A stretch of DNA of 50,370 nucleotides, filler included, from Catajapyx aquilonaris (Eukaryota): the NCBI GenBank assembly GCA_000934665.2. It is 3 parts of 3 records of this genome, joined end to end, with 100 filler letters (N's around TTAATTAATTAA, not from the genome) between each part and the next. Parts side by side here need not be neighbours in the genome. Positions count along the whole stretch, not along the records: positions 33,662 to 50,370 come from JYFJ02007127.1; 2 more parts are not named here. One strand, 5' to 3'. How positions within the stretch are numbered: position 1 is the first letter of the stretch; each line of letters opens with the position of its first letter. The translations under genes and the position numbers were made by a program. This document shows, one piece after another, positions 34,540 to 47,700 of this stretch. A model generated the notes under the pieces. The model did not search any database, was not told the DNA's origin, and saw only the letters and a list, made by a program, of their open reading frames with translations.

Positions 34540-37500
34540 AGAACCCTGCTATGATGTCGAGGCCCACCGTCACGGCCCTGAATTCTATCCACTACTTCTC
34601 TCGTGACGTAAACCCTACTTTTTGAATGATCCACCTATAACTCTATCGAATGTCCCAGATCCAATTTTGTAGTCATCAGTTTACGATAAAAATGGATAAA
34701 ACATATAAATCGCCACTGTCGCTCATAGCCTGAATCCAGGACTAAAAATCTCAATCCAAGGTATCAGGTTTTGCTCCAATGCTCACATCTACACACATGG
34801 CTAAAAATGCGAGACATTATTACAGTTTCAGTCATCTAGCCCCGTTTCCCCCGAATCGCTTCTCTGGCAACACTTGCCCGACCGCCATATCAGACCATAT
34901 CAAGCTGCACTCGAGTAATAATCATCAAAAATTAACCGGTTTGAAAAAAAAAAAAAAAAAAAAAACACATTTCAAACTTCTTTTTCTCTCCAAAACCTTC
35001 TGAGACTGGGTCTTACCGTGAGGAATCCATACGTCAAGTGAATATTTCCGATCATGTTATACGCCTTGTGACAACACTACCGACGTTTATCCTGTCCATT
35101 CAGGGCCACCCCGCACATCTCACGTACAGCGTGAACCCTACCTTTCAGGATCAAGTCTATTGACCGACCCACCGTTCGTGGTAATTCCCCGTTCGATCGC
35201 TTCTAAACGACTAAACCGCGCGTAAATGCTACTTCCGCCGCGATGGAATGATCCTGCACACGATGCAAGAATCGCGTACTGTATATGGGGCATTCAGCCG
35301 GATACAGTCCCGCCTCTATATCACAAGTTGCTCCAGAAAAGTTGGATAGCTGTGTTAGAGAAACTTGGACCCACGCCAGATGGAGACTGCCGTGAGTATT
35401 GGATTCTAACAAGTGCAGCCGGTGGTCTCAAAGAGACGTTTCGAACCTTAAGATGCCCATTATGCATTCTGAGTCGTACACCAACCACGGCTTACCATGG
35501 GTTAAACGGTAACGCATGGGCGAACCCTATACACACAATCTATATTATTAATACCCTCTGTGATGGCGATTCCTCCCGCTGTGTACGGCCTACAGCCTTG
35601 GAAGTGATGTCAAAATTTAGCCCGTGTGTCCTATATTTGCAATAAACTTTGGTTTTTTTGGAAATAGTGTCCAGGGAATTTATAAAACGCAAACAAACGC
35701 CGACCGCCTTAAAAAACCAACCACCACGGAGTTCCCATAAACGCCGTTCCGGCCGCGGGCGCTACCTCCGCACCGTCTTACTTCGGTACTTCGCCGTCGG
35801 ATGTCGCTGCCTGGTCCGCGTCTCTCTCCCTCTCCACTTTCGCAATTTTGCCTAATTTTTTTTGCTTAATTTTGGCAAGTTGGTGCCTAGTGCAAAATAT
35901 CCATCTACCTAACACACACCTTTTTGTAAAAATGTATATATACTCTCAGCGAAATTGCTAGGCCGACATAGTGCTAGCCCAGGAATTTGATTGACACAAA
36001 TTGCTTCTTCACCCCTTTCTGAAAATGCCGCTGCTGCTAGTACTGTAATAGGCATTTTGCAGCTGGGACTTCCGTCCACAAATCGCACGTCTGCCGCTGC
36101 GAGCGTGCCAGTCGCTCCTGTGCCAACCTCATCTATGCCAGTACATGGGTTCAAGACAGGTCTTTTTGGGCCAAGAACAAGTCCAGATCGATACGGCTTT
36201 TCCGACTCCAGTATAGTTGACATTTGAAGCTTACTCAACACCACCCATTCAGTCTCCCACTTGCCTATACACTTTCCCTCCAACCCAGTCCAGGGGATTT
36301 AACAGCAACATAATGCCTCAGCCACGCCAACTTCTGATCTCTCCCCTCGGTATGAATTGCATACATGACCTTAGCCTGCTCCAGTTATTAGTCAAGTTCA
36401 TTCAAGCAATGAGACACGTCCCGTTCTCACACCTGGTTGAACCAAAAGAGATGAGACGGTCCTGTGCCATCCTGCAAATTCCAGACATCGATCCTCTAAA
36501 GTCTAAACCGATTCCCATTAGAGAACACACTGTTAGCTCTAAAGCTCTCTTTTCTCATTAGGATAATGGCTTCTAATATCACGAGGGGCATTCGGATTGA
36601 CAGGTATCCTCCTCTTTCTATTACTAACAAGGACAATGCAATTTACATAGTTGCACAGCAGACGAGTTTAGAACCACTCTGAACAATAATCCCTTGGGCA
36701 TTGGAAAGGTTTACTGAAAGCTGGATACACGTTTTATGAATCGGTGTTATAGGTAATGGCTAAATCCACGTGTTTGATATAGCTGTAGGACTACCCCAAG
36801 TTACTATACTCTGTGATTATTTCAGACATGAGGTCAAGACCACGCTACGCTCACGTAGGGTTTCACCAAACAATTTCACGCCATTGGTTCGTATCAACAC
36901 GGGCTCGTAGCAGACGAACTTGTAAGTTATCGTCGCAAATATAGCCTTAAGATATACTGTAGCGGGATATTTCAGATCAATTCTTGCGTGCCACGATCAT
37001 CACGCTATGCTCCACCTCACCAAGGGCACCAGCAAAATAATAATGCATTTTGATTAAATATTTAAAAGTATGCGAATTCTCAATTTTTCTGGATTCTATA
37101 AATTCTCTTCTGCGCCGATCCTAATGGTACATTACTGAAGGTAATCTTTAAATGTCAAATAATCTTGAAGGGATGACGAGTAATGATGACATCAGATGAA
37201 GTGGATTTAGTGCGACGCTGAAAGGCATCCTATTTACCTCCAGTCCTGCACTGTTTGTAAGACGTCCAACTGGTAGGACAGGCAGGCGAGAGAATTAATT
37301 GTTCTAGTTCTGTAACTATTCCTGGATGCATTAACTACGAGCTTATATGTCATACCTGTCAGCTCGAAACTAAATTCCAGTCCACAATATCTGTGCTGCA
37401 ACATCATACCACCTTTGGCGGTTGCATTAGGCCAAGTCCTTTATTAAGCAAATTGCTAGATATAGTTTAAAATCATGAACATCGTCGGAAATTCCACTGA

Positions 37501-38500
37501 GCTTCTGGATTCCCCGAGTACCCTCTGTATTCTGTATGTAGTTAGGGCATAGACGTGTTTTATAACATGGCAATAATATCCTATATAAGCAATGGCAACA
37601 ATCCGCTTTCATTTTTAACTTTAGGCTTCTGAAGAGCTTAATTCCACATTCTATCCACTCACACACTAAGCATTCTAGGATACATTGTTTTGGCCGGGAT
37701 AAGCCACTCCCGTCAGGGATTTCCCATTTCAAATAAATCCTCATTAACATCTGATAATAATCCCATATCAAACATGATGCTGGCAAAAGGTATAAACTGT
37801 TCCTCCTTTGCTCTTAGCTTCGTATTATGCGGGTTAACAAGAGTCAAAATGACATATTCTCTGTGGCACATGTGACATCATATGTCCACATCAGTATCCA
37901 AGTATTTTCTCAACAAGTCCTAATAAATCTTGACGCGATTACAACCTAAAGGTACGTGGTTCACCCGTTGGAGTGTGTTTCTACCAAAATGGGGCAGTAC
38001 TTTTTTCCATCCTCTGGAGTACCACCTGATGAACTTCAAGCGGACTACAACCTACAGGTGACAGGACGCCAGCCACTAGAAGAACTCCGGATATGGTCAG
38101 CATTACCACCCCCTCGATACCTGAAAAGTCCAGGTTTTGAAGCCTTTCCCTGTACATCAAAGGGCCCAAAAAAATCCCCAGAATTCATCCGCATGCTGTG
38201 CACGCTTCCACTCAAGTTTCTAACCTCACGTAACACCCTGTCCCGCGGAAACATCCCATTCAAAAGCATTCCACAATGGCTACGAAGGGCGTCCTAAGTC
38301 ACCGACATCCCCCTCAGAAGTGCACCCTTGGGGCTCTAATGCGGTATCCACACGTAGGCAGCGCAGATCCGTTACCCAACACGTTATGATCCCCACATGC
38401 CGCCCACTTGAGGTGACACACAACGTACAGTACACACACCAGGAGGACGCCATGTTGTAATCCACATGGCGGATGAGGGCAATCGGTGAAGTGGTCCTCT
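34540..38500 (-). pseudogene. Candidate endogenous totivirus-like element A: decayed capsid (about 38050-35709) followed by a possible pol 5' region
   Basis: Manual minus-strand translation gives stop- and frameshift-riddled peptides collinear with ScV-L-A Gag motifs (see findings); G GTT TTT TAA at 35718-35709. Confidence 0.55.
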
Positions 38501-38639
38501 AAACGAGCTTCATCCCTCTATTTTCTCAGGGTGCGTCATTTAATTTAAATGTTGCTTGATTTACTAGCAGGCATTTTTCTTCCTGGATTGTAGCCAGCCG
38601 CGTACGTGTTTGGGTTATGTAAGAAGTATATTTTAAAAA

Positions 38640-40560
38640 ATGGCTAGTTTCCGGGATATATGTCAAGTCATCGGCCTATCAAAGTCTGAAGGAAGGATCC
38701 TTGGAGGGTCATCAACTCTGGTAGTTGGTCAGCGTCCCTGGTGCACAAATGGCCACATTATTGTGCTCAAAATAAACTTTTACGAGCATATCCCGAAATG
38801 GGGTCAGCCATTGTTTCAGGGCTGAAATTGCGCGTAAAAAATGCTCGAGTCACTTTAGGATCGTATCAATCATGCCAGACATTTGCGATCTGTGATGTCA
38901 AACAGCTGAATGCAGCCAGCTGAACTGAGATGCGGTTTTCTAAGAGTCGCTCAAGTAAATGGTTATACAGCAGCGTTTTTCGCGGGAATGATCAATACGA
39001 AGCTAAGTGGGCCTTCTTTTCTTTTCTTTTTTACACTACCGTGTTTCTCCTACCGAAATAATAAAACGATCACGTACGATCATCATCTTTCGCTATTGAT
39101 GGAAAAATCAGAACCAGAACGGAACTGGACCCAAGACCGTTAACTTGAAAAATGTCATCATCCCAGTAACTGACGGGGCCGTCATAAAACCACTGACATA
39201 CTGCATGCAAAATTCATCAATGGCCAACATATTGTGTGTCTGTGAATCCCGGACGCAAACATAGTACCGTTAATAATGATTTAATTGTTGTTTTTTTTTA
39301 ATTATGTACCCCGTTGTGGGCCTAAGCCCTATAGGGGGGTGGCTCACCACCATCAGTTTTCTATGTGTATTACACTTTTCTTCATACACCGGTGCAAGGA
39401 GTCAAGGATGTCGGGTAGGGGAAGGGATTTTTGGGGAGGGAACGTAGGTGCAAGTGCAATGTCAACAACTGGGTCATGTGCTGTCCCCCAGGAGGTTAGG
39501 TTGCCAGACACCTCCTTGGTGCAGGTCAGAGACACTCCTGACGCAGGCGAAAGGAAAGTTCCCCAGGCGGGGATCGAACCTGGGGCCTTTCGCTCAGCAA
39601 GCCGTGACGTTACCATCACGGCCACCACACCTCCCCCAATAATGATTTAATTGAAACTCTTGTTGGTAACTTTTCCAGAAAATAATTGTAACGTCATGGA
39701 CTTAATGTACTCTTAAGTTAGCAGCACCTGGAGGACCTCAAATCTGCTATTTAACTTGACTGTACAAATTAATTAATCATACTGCGCGTACAGAGCTCTC
39801 ATCCCTTTCGCCATGCACAGAGAGGACCGGGACGTCCTTACACATTAGTGAGGCTGTGAATTAGTTTCCTTGCCAATGTGGGCCTTCTTCATCAACATCT
39901 GCAATGCTATAGGTAGGAGATACAGCTCCAACTTGCTGCATGAATTACATGCCAGAATTACTACTTTGTCAGCCTTCCCACGAACTTATGCATTTGTCTT
40001 CACGCCAGCCACACATTCACGTTCATCCAGAAAGGAGTCGACACTTTTTCATTCCATACAGTCATGACTATCTATACATCAATCGCGTCTCAAGAGAAGT
40101 AAAGCCACAATGATAGTCATATGCTTTTCTACTATCCAACAGCCTGATATCTCATTTTCCCCTCACTGAAGTTGGAGTGGACATATTGCCTGCATTCATT
40201 GAAAATCAATTTTGAATAATTGCAAACAGGAATGGCATGGGTGTCAAAGAGCTCTCTGCATAGCCGCAACGAACCAGCTGGAATAGGCTCGGGTCATTCG
40301 CTGCCACTCATGTTACTTGCAGTGCCGCGTATTTTCCAGATTAAAGGAAGGTCTATGCACTAGATCGACATTAAATCGGACCCTCTAAGGTCAACAGTCT
40401 TCAGTCCATGTATAAGTAGCCATTACGCAGAGGAGATCCAATAAATTTTCATGTCGGTCTCCTTTGACCGAGACCCACTTAGGTAGGTCAAAATACCCCC
40501 GTGTCCCACCTATCCTATATCAAACTTCATCCCATTGGTCGGTTAGAACAAATACATCAC
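38640..40560 (-). pseudogene. Candidate endogenous totivirus-like element B: decayed N-terminal/central capsid, split by a SINE
   Basis: GDRHENLLDLLCVMATY, AYDYHCGFTS, VVILACNSCSKLELYLL, LLTVLCLRPGFTD and FSPETMAD occur in the order expected for a toti-like Gag. Confidence 0.45.
39288..39637 (-). mobile_element. tRNA-derived SINE (family D), full length
   Basis: Head GGTGGCCGTGATGGT...GGTTCGATCCC, A-rich tail, and a perfect 16-bp TSD AATAATGATTTAATTG at 39272-39287 and 39638-39653. Confidence 0.92.
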
Positions 40561-43500
40561 TTGCAATTTCATATGAGTACGCGGCTAGCCAGCAGGCCAT
40601 CAACCGCCCTTAATCGTTGATTTAAATGAAAGTGGGGAAAGGAGCCTGTGCTTTCCTCAAAGGAAAACAAAAATCATTGACAGACTTTCCAATAAGGTCA
40701 GCCACTATATGGAATATTCTTTGTACCAATCATTTGTCGGAGTCATGTTTCACTGCTTACGGTTCGAGACCAGAGCAAGTATTAAAAGGCTAGAGCATAA
40801 CATTCCCCATATTTCTCTCAACGGCTGTAAAACTTGACATCACTTATGTCAGTGCTGGTAGATTGTGCACAATGTTGTGGTAAAATATTGCCCAGTGTGT
40901 TATAATATTATGAAGTTGTCTAAGATGACAGCTGCATACCATTTTAATAAAACTACATCTTTTCATTTCTTTAATTTGGTATAAGTTATGTAGGCCTACA
41001 TTATGATACTTTTTCCGTGGTCAGAATTGCCTTGATTAGAAGTTCTGAAGTGAATAATAGATTTGTTGGTATAAAAACCAGCAGAACTTCGGAACTAAAC
41101 TCTCTTTATTATGTAATTTTATAAGAAATACAGATATGGCTGAGCAAACATGGATTCAGCAGAAATACTACTGGCCGGTTGCATCAATGCAAATTTTAAC
41201 AAATCCCTGGATTTTCGGGCCACAAAAAATCTCCAATAAACACAGAAATAAATTGTTGTATGGGCTCAAGTTTTCTCAAATCTACGAAGAAATCTCGCCT
41301 AAAAGCTGCCTAATGATACATACTTATTCTTTTTGTTATTATTCTATTCGACTTTTTTCTGCACACCTTACCTCTACTTGGAAGTTCCATTTCGTAACTC
41401 TAAAGCCAACATGTTTCATTAGTGTTATTAATACAGTATCATCACTCGAAGTTATAATGAGACAGTACCCCCCCCCCCACCCCAAAATATGCCTTTTTAC
41501 CGGGAACTAAATCCAGACACGTTGTACCAATCAGCAAAACAATTAAAAGCCAACATTCTATAGCGCAATGTGATATACTATTCTAAAGTATTTCTCTGTT
41601 TGAATTTGGTCCAATGCTCCCTTTATCAAGTTTGATCATTACCACTTTCATACCGTAATACTATAATAGTTTACTGTACGCCATACACGCTAACCATAAT
41701 GTCAGCACAGAGACTTCTCGCTACTTACATTAATTAATAAGTCAATACAATATATCTGCCAATGTGGATGTGAATTAAGCTAGCTCTTTCAAATGTCTTC
41801 CGCTCAAATCTGATGCTCTCCCTTTCTATAGGGCAGCTTAAATATTTTATTGAGAAGTTTAATCCGCGCGGATGATTCGCCTAAGCTACCATAAAATACA
41901 CTCGGGAGATAGTGCACAAAAGGCGGAAGGACCCAACTCTGCAGCAACAAGAGAAGACTCACTTTCCTGGCGGACCTGCAATCAGATCAATGAACCTAAA
42001 GGAGAAGACTCGAGTTGCCGCAGTGTAACCCGGCAGGAAGAGGATGTCCATACGATTCAGATTTGTATCACTTGGGACCAACAATGCCTGCTCTTTTGGG
42101 GCGCCCAACTCTAATATAATGCAACTTCAATATTTTAAAACATATTTTGATTAAATTTTAAAATTGTACGACCTCGTAAATTATTGGCCATCAGGGTGAT
42201 CCGGAGTGGGCTGCACATATGACGGTGGGTGGCCTCTACTTTAAGTCTCGGGATAAATACCTCTGCACCACTTGGTTCCCATCAGACCTATATGTGATAT
42301 AACGAAAAACTCTCCTTGCCTCCCCCTCTGCACAGCTTGGTAGGGCCCCTTTATTGGCTCTTTTAGTGCTTCTCTGTATAAAAAGTTAAGTCTAACGAAC
42401 GGGCAAAAGTTCCGCGAGAAAAATAAGTGGAAGAAAAATCGATCCCCCATTTAATGGCAGCCAATTAATACCATCGCAGAAGGCGTTGACACCGTTTTGG
42501 AATTCCGCTGCACATCGCACCGGAAAGGCTATTATCGCATGCTCTATAAAACTGAGTCCATTCAATGAACATGTTGCATCAAAATTAACTGCAGTTATAT
42601 TTTAAAACTGTTACACGCTTATTCGCGTAAAAAATTATGGGAAATAAGGTTACTGACTCGTGGACATGGCAGCGGGACCTTTTAATGATTTACAAACTGA
42701 TAACGTCATTAATCACTGTACCAAAAATAACAAGCAGCTCATAACAGCTGCAACCAAGATGAGCTCGACGATAGCCACTGTGGTTATTTCAACTTCACAT
42801 TTAGCTGAATAATATTTTTTGCATACCACAATAGTTTTAAAAAGGTTTCCATTCCAGATTACGACTCTACTGACACGATTCTATCAGACGAAACGATCAA
42901 CATGGCGGCAAAAATTTGTATTGCGCTATTCACCCTGTCAAGTAGTGACTTTTTTTTTTCAGGAGGGAAAAATTAATCCGCTTGTCCCAGCCCCGTAATA
43001 TGATAGCACCGTCATTATTGCCGCTTACTGGATCAATAGTGTTGCTATTCATGAAAGCCTGTCGTCTGTACCCGTCCCCCGCACGTCTAACTGAAAAAAA
43101 ATAGCAAACATGGCGCCCACTAGATCACCAGCAGGAAATGAGGACTGCACAATAGAGTCTTCCCACTTTATCATCCCGCCTGCTCCTAAGTGAGAAAAGG
43201 TCGCCTTAATGACACGACTTCGCACAAAAAGTTGGCAAAAGCACAAATCCAAATGTCAAGCCAATCAGCCTTTGAATACTTTTAGATTATTCACTTCTAA
43301 GTACATTGATTACACTAATTTTAGACTTTTTCGAAGAAAAAAGTCTTATAGAACGGCTCTGTCTGTCTGTGGACAGGTATCAGACAGACAGAGCCGTGCT
43401 ATAAGACTTTTCGAGCACCCTGGCTGCCTCCTCCCCCACTACCCCCTACCCCTGACGGCCCATTCCTCCCAGACCAGAAAGAGCCGTGCTATAAGACTTG

Positions 43501-43759
43501 TTTCGATTTTCGGGTTCCGGGTCCACTCTATCCGCCCCTTCCCCCAGATCACAATTTCCCCCCTCCAAGTCCCGTGACTGACGTTGGGGACAATAGCAGT
43601 AAACACGAAAAAGTCTACTCTAATCACGCTCACGTGATTTGCCAATCTTGTTTGTATGCATTATTGAAAATCAAATAATGCTCATTTCATCTCAGTTTAA
43701 ACACAACTACACACGAATACTGATACTTACATTTATTATTTATTATTTTTATTACTATT

Positions 43760-43940
43760 ATTTATTTTAAGTATTTGAGTTGATGGAATGTGATTGTGGG
43801 TGAATATGGAAGAGCCCCAAGTAAACCCACTCGAGTATGAAGAGAACTCACATCAGCAAGTCTTCTGTCCCACCTGGGGATCGAACTCGAGGCCTCCGAG
43901 GGTGGTGAAAGGCGCTAAACACTACACCACCTTGCCGCCC
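43760..43940 (-). mobile_element. Degenerate V-SINE-like copy (related to family C)
   Basis: GGGCGGCAAGGTGGTGTAGTG...GAGTTCGATCCCCAGGT...GAGTGGGTTTACTTGGGGCTCTTCC. Confidence 0.65.
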
Positions 43941-44679
43941 AGAATATGGAGGGATATGGGAAAGAGGCGCATATTCCTCGCGTGTCTGACGGCTATAAAG
44001 GGCGAGGGTCAAACGACTTTGCCGGTCAGTTACCTGTCTTTTTTTCCCCTCCTTCCTAATTTTAGTAGCAACTTTCAACTTTTATGACTCCTAATCGGAA
44101 GTGGTTGGCAAAACCCCACCTTAGAGGATTACGCACACATTCCGGTCAAAAGCCACACAGAATATTGCAACAGGTAATTAAAGCTGCAGGAAAAAGGTAA
44201 CTTGCGGAAAAAGTGCAGCTAACCCTGAATTTACGCATATCGCAATATACAGCCTAGGTGCACGTAAATAAACTCACCGGCCTTGAATTACTTCCCGTCT
44301 TTAGTGAACACGAATACCCAGGTAATTTCATGGATGGTTCGTTTACCTGTGCATGAGCACCACGCAAACATAGCCTAAACAAAACACCATAGTACATTGT
44401 TGAATTTTTTTGCTATTATTTTGTATAAATATGAGTGTTCTCATTCTTTCAGAAAAATTATGTGACTTGTCATAAATGTCACTTCACACTTTACGGATGC
44501 GAATGGGGAGAGGAATGGCCAATAACCATGTAGATCACTGTAGTAAAAGTGCAAAGTACGCACTTCGTTCTGATACATGGTGTGCTATTACTCCAAATTT
44601 CATTTAATACCAATCAAGGAAAAAAGGACCCTTGCATTAATTTTTTTTCCCAACATCTACTAACACTCGGGGAGGGGGA

Positions 44680-44742
44680 GGGGTCGCAGGTTACGCGACT
44701 ATCATAAAAGGGGGTCGCGACCCGAAAAAGGTTGGGAACCAC
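44680..44742. mobile_element. hAT-type MITE right terminus
   Basis: GGGGTCGCGACCCGAAAAAGGTTGGGAACCAC; related ends at 27455 and 30393. Confidence 0.55.
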
Positions 44743-47700
44743 AATGATATTAATACTATATTCTGTTTCTAACATTTATGCAACGACGGTATATTAAAGT
44801 GAAATCTGCACATATCTGATGTCCCTAATACAAAATAGATATTGCAACATATCCGCAAAACACTCACCGAGATTCGAACCCAGGACCTCCAGCTTTCAAT
44901 TAGAGCTAATGAAAAGCTGCCGCTCTTCCATCTGACCTATTAGAGAGGGTTAGGGTTGTCCATCACATGACTACAAGGAGCATAGAGAGAGCACCAACTG
45001 AAGAAATATGTCACAACATTTCTACCTCACACCTCGGAAGCTGCACTTGGAAAATTTATACCACCCCAATGGTACGCCACCATAATAGTCGAGATGTCAA
45101 CTTCATTTGGAAAAAAAAAAATGTTCACACCGTATGGTACATGCAGGGAAAGACTGGAAGCAAAAATGAGCCAATATAGGGAAAGTTTCTCCGACCAATT
45201 AAAAGTCATCCCCTGATTATTTTTTTAACAAACATTTTGATTGGACAGAGTTTTCCTTCACTCTATTTCCCTGTTTGCCTTTTAAATTAGGTCTGAGTAG
45301 TTAAGCAAGTTTATTGCGGATGTAATTCGATCAGATTTGAAGAGTTGGCAGCTCTCATGATCAGAGTTTGCGACCACATCACCGGACCTCCGGTCCGTCG
45401 GGAGGGGATCGCCGAAGCCATTCCGGAGGACAGAGACAACTCGGAGGTGAATCTATCCGGCTCATCCTGCTTCAGCAGCCGGATGCAACAACTTGACGGC
45501 TAATTACCAAGCAGCAATGCTAAAGGATTTCCTACTCCCCCTCCCAAAAGAGATAAACAGTGATAACAAGGTCACTCTGTGTACGGAAGCTTATACGGAC
45601 AATCGTGTGTAAATATATGGTATGTATGCATCTAAAAAATATATCAACACTTATGTGATGGTATAAATGCCCACATCATGAAACCCGAGTCTTTATCTAC
45701 GTTTATAATAATGCCTACCGCTGGAGTTATTCATGAAACAATACAGTGGTGTTCAGGGCCATATATGCGTCACGTTCGCTCATAATAAAGTCTATTTTCA
45801 GAATACAAATCCTGCACAACCATAATCCGTCAACGTCAGCATAAATGAACAGCCCAAATGATAACTGCACAATAATAGAAACGTCTCATTAAGTAGGATA
45901 TAGGCAGCCTCCCACACATTTAACTAACGATTATGATATTACCCCACGATCGACCAGATAATAATCTCGTGGCAGTTGATCGATCGCGATCGACATTGGT
46001 CTCCCCATATGAATACACCGTCGCCAAGTTCCATCTAAAATTAGATTTTGCTGTTTTAAAGTTTGATATCAAGTCTTTCGAGAATACAATATTACACAGC
46101 GTGCGCACATATTGGCAACCAAGCGCAGACAGTAATGGAAGTTTGTGTTGGCAGCATCCAACATTTCATGCAGTGCCTGAATGAAGCATTAGAGTCGGGA
46201 CAGGTTGATGTAGTGTCACCGGTTAGGCAATACCATTGACAACACTTGAAGGACATTATTTCTAAAAGGAAGTGGGCAATTGGACAGTAAGACCTTTCAG
46301 CGAGAATAATACTTATTACGACTCGAGTATTAATCATTTTCAGCACCAAGTTAATCCACATAACGTGTGTCTTTAGCAATTCTACGAGGTCTACAAGATA
46401 TCATAAAACGGAGTACTATGTAACCTACATAGCATGCAAGTGTATTTTGACCTACAGTGGAACTTCTTTGAACTCTTGACTTACTAGATATTACAGTATA
46501 CTGCCACACGAGTAATCCATAATTTCATGAGAAAATGAAATGAAAAAACTGAATAATTCTCCTGGATTAAAAAGTGCCATAACAAGCATCAGAGCCTTTG
46601 AATGCCTTCTTATTACTAGATGATATTCCAAGCAGCTTTTAATGCACTTAAAGGCACCCTCCCCTCATTTTATGCCCGTCACTATGCCATAACACAGTCG
46701 TAATAACGTTACGTGTCGTTGAATAGGTCTCCACGAAGCAGGTCCAAAATGACCACGTGGTTAAGGCCACAGATACAGGGGTCATAAAGATACACAAGGG
46801 CGGGGAACAGATAAAAAAGCAGGAGATGCAGGGTAGGCGGTTGGAGGGGGAATGACCACGTACAGGATATAGCCTGCCGCTGCTATAATTTACATAACAG
46901 AAAGAAAACAATAGCCAAACATAAATAGGCTACGCTGTAAATAGCAGTCGGAAACTATATGCAACATGTTCACTAAATAAACTAACAATGATGTACTAGG
47001 CCTACAGTATGTCAGAAGGGACCTACATCCTGATCAATGGTTAATGGGACCTCCTGATATCAAAAACTAGAACTTTTAATATCTGTTCTATACAAAGTGT
47101 ACACTGAGGTTCGCATACTGTTTAGCTCAAGCCTATAAAATTGTAGTTTCATGCCGAGCGCAGTGCTCAGAGCCTGGTGCAGGGACGCTGGCAAGATGAC
47201 CTCTGGTGATATTTTTCTCTCTCTTATTTTATCATAAAATAATATCCCAATGGAGGTCCCGGCTGGTTCGCCAGCGACGGTACTCTCCTACTCGAGCGGT
47301 CCTCGGACCCTACTCGCATTTCTTGGTTGGACGGGGTGCTTGGGAGAATATCCCACCCCCGTCCCTGGGTTGGACCCGGCATTGCAGTACAGTCGGGGCC
47401 AACCCACCTCTCCCCCACCCTTCTCCCCCACTCTACATTGCAATCCTACACCTTCCTCTCCTACCCCCGGCTACCAAGGCTCGATTCAGAAAGAGCCATA
47501 CAAGCTGGGTAACCCTTCATACCAACCAAAACCAATCTCACTCTTATGGCAAGATATTTCTGAACGCAATCATAATACAATCATCGCACTTTTGTGGGAC
47601 AGGTCACTCGATTGACCTGTGGCAGCCCTGCTGTACGTGTAGCAGGCTGCTGCAGGTTGACAGATGACAGGATGGTGTCCTCCGTCCCGAAGCTTGCCTG

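Noticed and set aside
34540..35700. Recognisable RdRp catalytic motifs
   Set aside because: I could not find the SG..T, GDD or D..DFN motifs; if this is pol, only its poorly conserved 5' part is present.
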